From Blepharisma stoltei ATCC 30299 (taxonomy: Eukaryota > Protista > Ciliophora), in the NCBI GenBank assembly GCA_965603825.1, contig CBFDEM010000060.1, positions 124,001-188,000 on the forward strand: a stretch of DNA of 64,000 nt. The letters are read 5' to 3'. This document shows, one piece after another, positions 13,901 to 24,449 of this stretch (positions are counted from its first letter, which is position 1; the number at the start of each line of letters is the position of its first letter). The notes under the pieces are model-generated. The model made no database searches. It saw only the letters and a program-made list of their open reading frames with translations, and was not told the origin of the DNA. Position numbers and translations under genes: made by a program.

Positions 13901-16427
13901 CTGAGTTTGCCATGAGACATAATTGCAATTCTATCTGCTAAAACGTCAGCTTCTTCCATATAATGGGTTGTGAGAATGATGATTCTATTATTTTTGTTGT
14001 TTTTGAGCATATCCCACATTTGCCTTCTTGCAGTTAAGTCCATACCTGATGTAGGCTCATCTAGTAGCACAATAGGAGAATCAGCGATCAAAGCCATTGC
14101 AAGGGATAACTTTCGTTTCATACCACCTGATAAAAGCTTACCCTATCCTATAAGTATATAAAAAATGTTAGAAACTACTATTAAATTATTGGCAATTTAT
14201 TTTAATATTATTTGAGCTATCAACGAAATTGGCAAAAATGAGCTAAGATATTTCTCTCAATTTTTTAAAAATGCCTTTATTTAATCTATCTATTATTTAT
14301 TAGGCGTAGCGTATTGCAACCCTTATGATTTGTTTCCTGTTAGTCGTCTGCTTCAAGTTGCCATTATTTAATCATTATTTAATCATTAATTAATCGTGTA
14401 TTATAATTTAATTTAAATGAGAAAGAGTTAGTTTGAGTATCTTTCTTGGATGTCAAATCGACTTCAGATAGTTTTTCTTTAATTTGGTGATATATTTCTT
14501 TCTTGTTATTCATACCTTTGAAGATAGCAAAAAGATATAGGTGTTCTTCAGGGGTTAATTCATTGAATAAGACATTGTGCTGAGGACAAACTCCTAGAGA
14601 TCTTCTTATTTTATTAAGATCTGTAGATAGGTATAGGCCATTTATTGTCATATCTCCATAAGTGGTCGGGATAAGGCCACACATCATTGAAATGGTTGTA
14701 GTTTTTCCTGCACCATTATGACCTAATAATGCAAAAATCTGCCCATTATATATATCTAAGCTTATATCTTCAACAGCTGTTTTGTCTCCAAAAACTTTTT
14801 TAAAGTTCCTTATAAGTAGAGCTTTTCCATTTTCCTTTTGTTTTTCTAAGTCCTCCTCAATTTTTTCTACATTGTCTCCCCAGCTGATTTCTGTATCGAA
14901 TAAATTTTGGTGCACATTTCGCTTGCTTGGCCACCAAAATGATTTTGAGAATAAAAAGTATCAAGGTCTTTTTACTCCTCACTCAGTAGGCCAAACTTGA
15001 TCAAGATAAATAGCTAAAACTGTAAAGATAACTGAATCAATTACAAAAAAAGCAATGCAAGTCCCAAACGTATAGTTATGCACCTCTGAGTCTAAATTAT
15101 CATTTTGCACTCCAGCCTGGCCATTCTCCAAATATGCTAGGACATCAGAACCTAAAGATAAAGCAACATTAGGCAGCAAAGATGCAGCAGTTTTATCTCC
15201 TCTTTCCAAAGTAGGATCATTAACAGCAAAACTTATAAAATAGCTTATTAAAAAAGCCATCAAGCCCAGCATTACAGCACTTCTAGATCTTGAGAAGAAC
15301 ATACTAATAAATATGCTAAAGGCCATACAATTGATTCCATATAGCCAGAAAAATAAAAATATCATTTCTGGAGCACTATATTTAAAAAGCCCTGCAGAAA
15401 TAATTGTCCCAACTATTGCGATAACTGTATATACAGAAAAATAATAGGTAATCCATGAAAGCCAGTAAGCTTTATTAGAAAGTCCCATAATCATCATCAT
15501 TTCTTTGATTTTGTATTCTTTTTCCTGGACTATTAAAGACAGCATTCTGCATACAGGAACAATATAAGAAATGACTAGGAAAAAAGGAAGAAGTCCAGCA
15601 ATCGCTAAAATAAAATCATCTTTGGTATAGTCATCATAATACATTGGAACAAAACCTGCGGCAAAGTAGGCATTTATATTAGAAGATACATCTTGAAGAA
15701 TAATATTGTCGATGTAATTCATCATATGTATAAAGTTTGTGCCTATGTATTGGTACTGGAACTTAGGCATTGGCTCTCGAATGAGCTTGTCAACATTTTT
15801 GTGGTCACGGAAATTAAAGATGTCTATAATATCTCCAAGTCCATATTCTCCTGATCAGTATGCCTCTGTTGTATTGAACCTGAAGCTGTATTCAATATTT
15901 TTAGAGTCTTTACTATAGAAGACGACAGCGAAACAAATTTTCCCACTATCTTCGTAATCACTGTCCTTTATATAGTCCTCTAAGTCCTCTTCGGAATCAT
16001 ACCGCTCAACTATATAAGGCTTTCCAGTATCATTTCCTTCAGTTTTTATTTTATCTATAAGCTTGAGTATAATAGTTTCTGAATATGGATCTTTATACTC
16101 ATTTATTAGCGCTATTTTCCATTTTTTATCTTTCTCAAAGTACTCCCTATAGTAGTTATCGTGGCATTTTGGGAAGTCTGGAAGCTTGGCAACAGGATCA
16201 AAATATTGCCCAAAGTAGTTATTGCCGTCATAAGAGACTGTCATTGCTGATTTCTTCAGATAAGAGGATTGATCATGGTCTGCATAACTAGCAGAACTTT
16301 TTATAGCCAGCAAGAAAAGTAGAAGGGCTATAGGAAAGGCCAATTCACATATTGAGCCACAGAGTATTCGCTTTCAGAGCACTCAGTTCTTGTACAGGAG
16401 TGCTCGATAGTGTTGCCAAAGAGACAT
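10951..16427 (-). CDS. ABCA: ABCA-family full transporter, copy 2 (1728 aa after removing a 290-bp insertion)
   Basis: 5477 bp minus 290 bp gives 1729 codons. All fragments are in frame once 14141-14430 is removed. Contains 6 TGA codons. Both NBDs have canonical motifs. Confidence 0.85.
14141..14430. mobile_element. 290-bp TTA-bounded insertion: putative internally eliminated sequence (IES) or decayed MITE
   Basis: AT-rich segment absent from the six paralogs, flanked by TTA at 14138-14140 and 14428-14430. Excision leaving one TTA restores KKDTQTKLLSGGM (paralogs KKDKRTKFLSGGM). No GT at the 5' boundary on the gene strand. Confidence 0.85.
14362..14394. repeat. 3 x 11-bp tandem repeat CATTA(T/A)TTAAT inside the insertion
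   Basis: cattatttaat cattatttaat cattaattaat, read directly. Confidence 0.8.
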
Positions 16428-17705
16428 TTTTATTATAAGTGTTTAAAAATTTTGGAGAAATTATGAACAACACAATAGAGCCTATCAGAAGAGAAAGTTA
16501 TTGGTTATTAATAAAAGCCACTATGAGATAAATTGAGTTTTAATAACTAAAGTAGCATCAGGCTGCATCAGGACTGTTTTAATATTGTCAAATATTTTTC
16601 ATATTTTCAACAAGCATGGAACTACAATAGATTTAAGTTTAAATGTTTAGCTTATAGGAAATATTTATTATATTATGGAAAAGAAGATCAATATTGCTAA
16701 TTTCGGTCAAGAAGAGCAGTATTAAAGAATATTAAATTTTCTAAAGCGAAATTAAAGCATGAGAAATTATTAGATACTATTGTTTTTAATCGCTTTTTAA
16801 GTGCAAGAGCTAATAGGTCTAATTTTGCGCTTCAAGGCTGGTGATTTTTATATAAGATTTGTTTAATTTGCCATTTATCCTCTATTTGAATTTTCTCACC
16901 ACACTAAAGTTGACCAAAAATATTAAAATTAGCCAGGTAAATTAGGCTGTAAAATTTATAATTGCTAAAAAAGGAAGCATTCTAGTAGTTTTATATAGTT
17001 CTGGCTAAATTAAAAAAATTTATTATTTTTGAAACTCTTAATAAATTATAGTTTTGATAATAATTTTTAAAAATGATAATTTAGGATATTATTGAAGCTA
17101 TCTTATTTGCTTTATTAGCAATTTATTATAAAATCGAATATATTCTGCTAATACTTTCGAAGAAAAGTATGCTCGCAGCGGGCCTGCTAAATTAGAAATT
17201 ATAAGTAACTAACCCAATAAACCTTAGAGCTAGCAAAATTATTGAAAGTTTATATAAATAAGATGGCCGGTTAAGAGCGACCTGCCATCCCCATTGCGGG
17301 CCAATAGTCTTAAAAATGATAATGATTTTTCTTGAACGTTTATAAAGCACTTAAGTTATAAAGAAAATAAATAATCGACTCAATTTGATTTTGGATGCAG
17401 ATTAAAGTTTTATGCTGCAAGGGGAAGCCATGGAGTGCCAGCGATTCCAAGAAGATGCTTGATATGCTTTTTCTTGTTAGCTTATAGCTGCAAATAATTA
17501 CACTGTCAATTATAATGATGTTTAGAATTTTTGTTAATTGATTTTTCAAATTTTTGCTTAATAGAATATGATGAAGAGAAAACTGAAAATCGACTCCAAT
17601 TATTGTGAATTCAATATAGCATCAAATAATAATAAATTAATTGCTTTATTTATAATTAAAAACACTTTTTAATATAAGTTCTTAAATAATAATTATTTAT
17701 GATCT

Positions 17706-20700
17706 CTAGCTACCATGAGTATATCTTCTAACAATTCCTGCTTGAGATTCTTCTCCTTTTCTTGCGAAATCATTGAAGATTTGTTCTAAAGAGCTTTGAG
17801 ACAACGCATATTCAGATATTTTAAGGGCTTCTTTATTCATTTCAACTATAGAGAAAAAGTATCCTATTGACTTTTCCTCTTCTTTAGCAATTTTGAATTT
17901 ATAAAGTGAAGAGAAATGTTCAATAATTTCGACTTTCTTAAATTCACTTTTAAGCCATTCATAAATTTTATCACCCAGCTCTTCGACAATAACCCAGGAC
18001 ACTAAAGAATCTCTTGAAATACATCCATCTACTTTTAATTGTTGATATAAAGCAGAGCCTGCACCTCTTTCATGAATTTCCTCATAGAAATTCTTTGCGT
18101 CGAGAATTTCTAAACATGGTAAAATTTGATTTTCTGTGATTACTGTTTCTCCCATAAGGATACGATCTAAAACCATTCCTCTATCATTTACTTCAAAATG
18201 GCTAGGAATTTCAACTTTTGCTTCGAACTCATATCGATCGCCATATTTGCTTTTAATCCAGGTAGCAGTTCCAAGACATCTAAGCCTTCCAGCAACCATA
18301 ATAGCCATACGATCACTTAAAGCTTCAGCTTCTTCCATTGAATGAGTTGTCAAAATGACTGAGGAGTTCTTTTGTTTAAGATTCCCAATGACTTTCCACA
18401 TTTTTTTTCTAGTTTCTGGATCCATTCCTGCAGAAGGCTCATCTAAAAACACTACTGTCGGATTTCCAATAAGAGCCATTGCAACTGAAAGTTTTCTTTT
18501 ATTTCCTCCTGAATAGGTTCCTGCCAAAATATCAGCATATTGCCTTAAATCCATTTGATCAAGCATTTCTTCAACTAGTTCTTCTCTCCTATCTTTAGGA
18601 ATTCCTTTGATATCTGAGTATAATCTCAAATGCTCTCTTGCTGTAAGCAGTTCAGATATAGCATCAAATTGAGGGCAATACCCTATCAGCTCTCTTGCCT
18701 TATCTAGCTCAGTACTAACATTATGTCCACAAATATAAGCATCACCAGTTGTAGGTGCGATTTCTCCAGTCAGCATCTTAAAAGTTGTAGTTTTTCCAGC
18801 TCCATTTACCCCTAAAAACGCAAAACACTCTTGCTGGCTTACATTAAAGCTCACATCTTCTACCGCCACAAATAATTTGCTCATTCCTTGCCTAAAAATC
18901 TTTCTAACACCTCTTACATTAACCTGGACATCTTTTGGATCCATATTTAAAGCGTTTGCTGCTTCTTTTTCAACGTCATCATCAGCTTCATAATCTGTAG
19001 GCGCAACTACAGGGGTTTTCCAGAACTTTTGCAACACTTTTTGATGGGTTTCTAAGTATTCTTGGACATATACAAAGAATAAATATAATGGAATTGTGAC
19101 CCCGATCATTAAAATGTCAGCCCCAGCTGAGCCCATGTCAAATGCATTATATAAGCCGCTTTTCTCGTCCCATATGGAATAATTAGATATGCTTCCTAGA
19201 TCTAATAGTCCATTTCCAAAACAAAAAGCTGGGCTTAGTCTGAAAAACCACCTGAGACCTCTGCCAATTGGTCTTGTGGACTCAAAGAAATAAAGGACCA
19301 GGATAAATGCTGGGAGAATTCCACCTGCAACTACATTGAAAAGAATAGTAGCAACTTGTGCAGTTGGATAATTTTTGAAGAAAAAGCTAGTAAAATAAGT
19401 GAATGGCGCTATGGAAATTCCATATAAGAGCATTAGCACCCAAACGGCTCCATAGGTATCATCTGGATCAGTAAAGCTTTTTATATCAAAAGCTAAGACC
19501 ATTGCAGCACAAATAACAGCTGGAAAGATATGCTTTATAGAGTCCCAAAAGAAATTTGCGCACCAATAAGAAAATCTTGAAACCCCACTTATCATGTGCT
19601 GGTGTTTGACATTAGTTTCTCGCTCTTTTACAATTAAAGCTATAATACCTGTTGGGATGAAGCTAAATCCTAATGAAAAGACTATTGAAGCTAAAAATCC
19701 ATCCCCTGTTCCCCTTAGATTTTCAATTTTTTGAGTGTAAGGGAGTGGATAATTATAAACTGTCACTTTTACACCATATTTTGATAATATTTCATTAGAG
19801 AGCTTATTGTAGTAGACTCCAGTAGCTTGAGGAGCTGATTGGTTGTGGAAAACAACAGCTTGGTACTGATCATTAGTAGCATCCATATTTGATAAGTAAT
19901 ATGAGCCCATTCTATAATTATTTGGATCTGTGCGGGTATCAAATAAAAATTTATCAAAGCCTTCAATTGTGCCATTAATATTTGCTGTTTTAGAGCTTTG
20001 ATATTGCGCCCATGGTCCAACATTGGCACCAGCTGGCCAGTAATAAACTGTATCTTGAGGTTCTGAATATAAAGATTCTGACAAAAATTTTTTGTTAATT
20101 GGAGGAAAGCCATCACGAATTTTCATTAAGCCAAGTCCAACAATTACTAAGACAATAGGTACAAAAATCTCATAGACTAAGCTTTTTATATCTCTTTTAG
20201 ACCAGAAAACTCTCTTCTTCAGCAAAGTCCAAAAATGACTAAAAAATAGTGAGCCCTTTAGTTTATCTCTTGATAAAACAAAATCATCACTAAGCTGAAC
20301 ATCAATTTCTTTTTCCTTTTCCTGCTCATTTTTAGCAATTTCTGAATCATCTCCTCTTGCAACTCTCAAAAAAACTTCTTCAAGGGTTGTTACAGATACA
20401 CCATAAGACCGTAATTGCAGACTTTTTAGTTGCTGATCAAGAGCTGTAAAAAATTCAGTAAATTTACTTGAGCTAGAGTTAGGGATTTGGAAAGAAATTT
20501 CTGCATGAACGTCGCTCATTATAGATGCTTCAGGGATATAGGCTCTTATAAAATCTGTAACAGATTGAGTATGAGTTTTGCTTGCAACTCCGACTTCTTT
20601 GACAATAGTTAAGTAATAGCCGACTCCATATCTTTTTTTCAAGAAAAGAGAGCTGCCAAGGCATCTTAGTTTTCCATGTGACATGATTGCAACTCTATCA

Positions 20701-22904
20701 GCTAAAACATCTGCTTCCTCCATATAGTGGGTTGTCAGGATAATGATCCTATTATTTTTGTTGTTTTTGAGCATATCCCACATTTGCCTTCTTGCAGTTA
20801 AGTCCATACCTGATGTAGGCTCATCTAGTAGCACAATAGGAGAATCGCCGATCAAAGCCATTGCCAATGACAGTTTTCTTTTCATACCCCCTGACAAGAA
20901 CTTAGTTCTTTTATCTTTTTTATCTGTTAAGTCTACTTCTGATAATTTTTCTTTAATTTTTTTGTAGATTTCCTCTTTATCTTGCATTCCTTTGAAAATA
21001 GCGAAAAGATATAAGTGCTCTTCAGGTGTTAAGTCATTGAATAAGACATTGTGCTGAGGGCAAACTCCAAGAGACCTTCTTATTTTATTAAGATCTGTAG
21101 ATAAGTAATTTCCATTTATTTTCATATCTCCATATGTTGTTGGTATAAGTCCACACATCATTGAAATTGTTGTAGTTTTTCCAGCACCATTATGCCCTAA
21201 TAATGCAAAAATCTGCCCATTATATATATCTAAGCTTATATCCTCAACTGCTACTTTATTGCCAAAAACTTTTCTAAAGTTTCTTATAAGTAAAGCTTTT
21301 CCGTTTTCCTTTTGCTTTTCTAAGTCCCCCTCTACCTTTTCTACGTTATCTCCCCATGAGACTTCGTCATTGAATAAATCCTCATGAGCATTTTTGCTGC
21401 TGGTAACCCAAAATGACTTTGTGAATAAAAAGTACCAAGGTCTTTTGACTCCCCACTCTGTAGGCCAAACCTGATCCAAATAAAGCGCTAAAATAGTAAA
21501 AATGCCAGTATCAATCGCCAAAAATATAATGCAGGTCCCAAATGTATAGTTATTTACAACTGAGTCAGTGTTATCATTTTGAACTCCAACTTGGCCGTTT
21601 TCCAATTGCGCCAAAACATCACAGCCTAGAGTTAAAGCGATATTAGGTAGCAAAGATGCAGCAGTCTTGCTGCTTTCATCTAAAGAAGGATCACTTACTG
21701 CAAAACTCATGAAATAGCTTATAAGAAAAATCATAAGTCCAAGCATTACAGCACTACGTGACTTTGAAAAAAGCATACTGATGAGGATACTGAAGGTCAT
21801 ACAACTTAGTCCATAAAGCCAGAAAAATAAAAACATAATTCCTGGAGCGCTATATTTAAAAAGACTGATTGAAATAAATGAGCCAACAACTGCAATAACT
21901 GTATAGATTGACAAATAGTAAGTAAGCCATGAAAGCCAGTAGGCTTTATTGGAAAGTCCCATAATCATCATCATTTCTTTGATCTTGTATTCTTTTTCCT
22001 GGACTATCAAAGATAGCATTCTGCATACAGGAACTATATATGAAATAACTAGGAAGAATGGAAGAAGGCCAGCAATTGCCAGGACGAAGTCATCTGCAGT
22101 CCAGTCATCATAATACATAGGAACAAAACCTGCCGCGAAGTAGGCATTTTCATTGGAGGAAACATCTTGAAGGATAATGTTATCTATATAGTTCATCATA
22201 TGCATGAAGTTGGTGCCAATATACTGGTATTGAAACTCAGGCATTGGCTCTCTAATAAGCTTATCGACATTATGGTGATCACGGAAGTTAAAAATATCTA
22301 TCCATTCGCCCCTATTTCTTCCATCTGATGACCCATAGGATTCTGTTGTATTGAACCTAAAGCTATACTTAATATTTTTGGAGTCTTTGCTATAAAAGAC
22401 CACTGCAAAACAAATTTTTCCATTATCTCCATAGTCGCTGTCCTTTATATAGTCTTCTAAGTCATCCTCAGAGTCATAGCGCTCAACCACATATGGTCTT
22501 CCTGTGTCGTTTCCTTCAGCTTTTATTTTATCTACAAGCTTGTTTATGATAGTTTCTGAATAGGGCTCTTTATACTCATTGACAAAAACTATTCTCCATT
22601 TTTGGTCCTTATTAAAGTAGCTTCTATAGTAGTTCTTGTGGCCTTTTGGGCTGTCTGGGATTTTGGCAGGTGGGTCGAAATATTGGCCAAAGTAGTTGTT
22701 GCCGTCATAAGAGACGGTCATTGCTGATTTTTGGAGGTAGGAGGCTTGATCATGATCTGTATAGCCGACAGCACTTCTTATCAGCATTAAGACTAGGAGT
22801 AAGGCTATCGGAAAGAGCCATTCACACATAGACCCGCACAGTTTTCTCTTCCAGAGAATCCAGTTTTTGTACAGCAGTGCTCGGTAGTGTTGCCAAATAG
22901 ACAT
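17706..22904 (-). CDS. ABCA: ABCA-family full transporter, copy 3 (1732 aa, no TGA codons)
   Basis: Uninterrupted ORF even under the standard code, with TMD-ECD-NBD twice. Serves as the internal reference for the other copies. Confidence 0.96.
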   Translation of the reverse strand: MSIWQHYRALLYKNWILWKRKLCGSMCEWLFPIALLLVLMLIRSAVGYTDHDQASYLQKSAMTVSYDGNNYFGQYFDPPAKIPDSPKGHKNYYRSYFNKDQKWRIVFVNEYKEPYSETIINKLVDKIKAEGNDTGRPYVVERYDSEDDLEDYIKDSDYGDNGKICFAVVFYSKDSKNIKYSFRFNTTESYGSSDGRNRGEWIDIFNFRDHHNVDKLIREPMPEFQYQYIGTNFMHMMNYIDNIILQDVSSNENAYFAAGFVPMYYDDWTADDFVLAIAGLLPFFLVISYIVPVCRMLSLIVQEKEYKIKEMMMIMGLSNKAYWLSWLTYYLSIYTVIAVVGSFISISLFKYSAPGIMFLFFWLYGLSCMTFSILISMLFSKSRSAVMLGLMIFLISYFMSFAVSDPSLDESSKTAASLLPNIALTLGCDVLAQLENGQVGVQNDNTDSVVNNYTFGTCIIFLAIDTGIFTILALYLDQVWPTEWGVKRPWYFLFTKSFWVTSSKNAHEDLFNDEVSWGDNVEKVEGDLEKQKENGKALLIRNFRKVFGNKVAVEDISLDIYNGQIFALLGHNGAGKTTTISMMCGLIPTTYGDMKINGNYLSTDLNKIRRSLGVCPQHNVLFNDLTPEEHLYLFAIFKGMQDKEEIYKKIKEKLSEVDLTDKKDKRTKFLSGGMKRKLSLAMALIGDSPIVLLDEPTSGMDLTARRQMWDMLKNNKNNRIIILTTHYMEEADVLADRVAIMSHGKLRCLGSSLFLKKRYGVGYYLTIVKEVGVASKTHTQSVTDFIRAYIPEASIMSDVHAEISFQIPNSSSSKFTEFFTALDQQLKSLQLRSYGVSVTTLEEVFLRVARGDDSEIAKNEQEKEKEIDVQLSDDFVLSRDKLKGSLFFSHFWTLLKKRVFWSKRDIKSLVYEIFVPIVLVIVGLGLMKIRDGFPPINKKFLSESLYSEPQDTVYYWPAGANVGPWAQYQSSKTANINGTIEGFDKFLFDTRTDPNNYRMGSYYLSNMDATNDQYQAVVFHNQSAPQATGVYYNKLSNEILSKYGVKVTVYNYPLPYTQKIENLRGTGDGFLASIVFSLGFSFIPTGIIALIVKERETNVKHQHMISGVSRFSYWCANFFWDSIKHIFPAVICAAMVLAFDIKSFTDPDDTYGAVWVLMLLYGISIAPFTYFTSFFFKNYPTAQVATILFNVVAGGILPAFILVLYFFESTRPIGRGLRWFFRLSPAFCFGNGLLDLGSISNYSIWDEKSGLYNAFDMGSAGADILMIGVTIPLYLFFVYVQEYLETHQKVLQKFWKTPVVAPTDYEADDDVEKEAANALNMDPKDVQVNVRGVRKIFRQGMSKLFVAVEDVSFNVSQQECFAFLGVNGAGKTTTFKMLTGEIAPTTGDAYICGHNVSTELDKARELIGYCPQFDAISELLTAREHLRLYSDIKGIPKDRREELVEEMLDQMDLRQYADILAGTYSGGNKRKLSVAMALIGNPTVVFLDEPSAGMDPETRKKMWKVIGNLKQKNSSVILTTHSMEEAEALSDRMAIMVAGRLRCLGTATWIKSKYGDRYEFEAKVEIPSHFEVNDRGMVLDRILMGETVITENQILPCLEILDAKNFYEEIHERGAGSALYQQLKVDGCISRDSLVSWVIVEELGDKIYEWLKSEFKKVEIIEHFSSLYKFKIAKEEEKSIGYFFSIVEMNKEALKISEYALSQSSLEQIFNDFARKGEESQAGIVRRYTHGS

Positions 22905-22926
22905 TTTATTGTAATGACGGGAATTT

Positions 22927-22940
22927 TTGGAGAATTTTTG
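22927..22940 (-). promoter_or_regulatory. Conserved motif about 23-26 nt upstream of ABCA start codons (TTGGAGAA on + strand; TTCTCCAA on the gene strand)
   Basis: Same 8-mer at 16452, 22927, 29677, 36011, 42755 and 49336, at near-constant distance from each ATG while the flanks diverge. Function is inferred. Confidence 0.55.
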
Positions 22941-23043
22941 AGCAAATAAAAAACACGTAGAGTATAGAAACTTATAGTTTACTATATAAATTTGTGTTAT
23001 GATTTATATCAATTAGCTGTTGTATAAGAGTGAGGCCAAGCCA

Positions 23044-23421
23044 GCTTTTGGCTGATTCTGTGGTCAATTTTCATATTTTTATAGGCTTCGAAGCTATGAT
23101 AATTTTACGTTTAACTATTTTACTTGGAAAAGTAGGGAAGCTTTTGCAATGAAAAAGTTTAACTGTCTTAATTTAATGTAAAAATATATAACCTAAAAGG
23201 TAAGGCCTTCCCAAAATTCTTAGTTTACCATTTTTCGTTCTTTCTAATCATTAAATTTAAGCCTAAGGCTTTATAATTTTTAGGATAGGTCCTAAAATCT
23301 CTTAATTTTTCGAAAACTGTAGGTCAGCTAGCTTCGGATTGATTTTATGGTCAATTTTCATATTTTCGCCAACAATTGAAGCAAGAATAATTTTTATCTT
23401 AACTATTTAACTTGGAGAATA
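23044..23421. repeat. Imperfect ~90-bp direct repeat (23044-23135 and 23331-23421) upstream of ABCA copy 3
   Basis: Both units contain tggtcaattttcatatttt..gaagc..ataatttt..ttaactatt..acttgga, offset 287 bp. Confidence 0.75.
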
Positions 23422-24449
23422 GATTTTTATCACTTAAAAAGAAGATATTATCCCCTTAATTTTGACTGTAGGTTTTTATTTCAGAGTTTCATAACTTTTG
23501 TCAAAATTTCAAAAAATTGCTTTTATATAATTTTCAACTAATCTCATGTAAATTCTTTATTTTAGCCAAGATCAGACCAAAAAACTCTTATAAAGCTTTA
23601 ATTTTTCAATTTTTCTGGGCTTTTAAGATGCATTTTCCATTTATGCTGGAATAGGTATTTCATTTGTCTAGGCATATCCAATTGAAATTAGTTTCAAATC
23701 TTATCATATTCTTAAAATATAATTTCAATCAATTTCTCTTTAAATTCACTTAAAACTATGAATTTGGGAAAATCTTAAAGGAATTAAAACGCTTAAATTT
23801 ATAGTTTTTTTTATATCTAAAAGGAAGCAATAAATAATCAAAATTATTTGTGAGGCATTTGAGCTAATCATGATAGGATTTAAAGTTTCTTATTTTAAAT
23901 TGGAATAAGAAACTTTATTTGTTGATGTATGGCGAGATAAGCAAAATTGCAAATGTTAAAGTAATAAAATTCACAGATGAAATTAATTAATCTCTTGATA
24001 GAAAATAAGCTCACAGAAAATTAGATGATAGAGAATAAGGTTTTAGTTCTATTTTTAAAAGGCGGGCAGTCCTTATTCATTAAGAATTTTTCAAAATCTG
24101 CATTCATTTTTATGAGTTTCAAAATTTTCTTAAATGAATTTTCAACAATAATGTAATCTTTCTATATGCAACTATCAATATTATCGGGCAAGCAGTCTAT
24201 AGTTTTAGTGAATCTATCTTGTCAACTATTTTGCTCATATATTAATCTATTTAAATATATTTATATGCTTCATATGGCACAATGAATCATCTGAGAATAA
24301 ACTTTTTTAGAGCATATCTAAAGGAAAGCTTAAAATATTTTAAATGAAAAAGCTAATAAAAATCCTAAATTTTTAAATTATATGCACATAATTTAATATA
24401 ATAGATATATTTAATGAATAATGATACTTAACTAGTAATTATCTATACT

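Noticed and set aside
14141-14430. The 290-bp insert as a spliceosomal intron
   Set aside because: No GT donor at any sliding position of the boundary on the gene strand, and local introns are 15-16 nt
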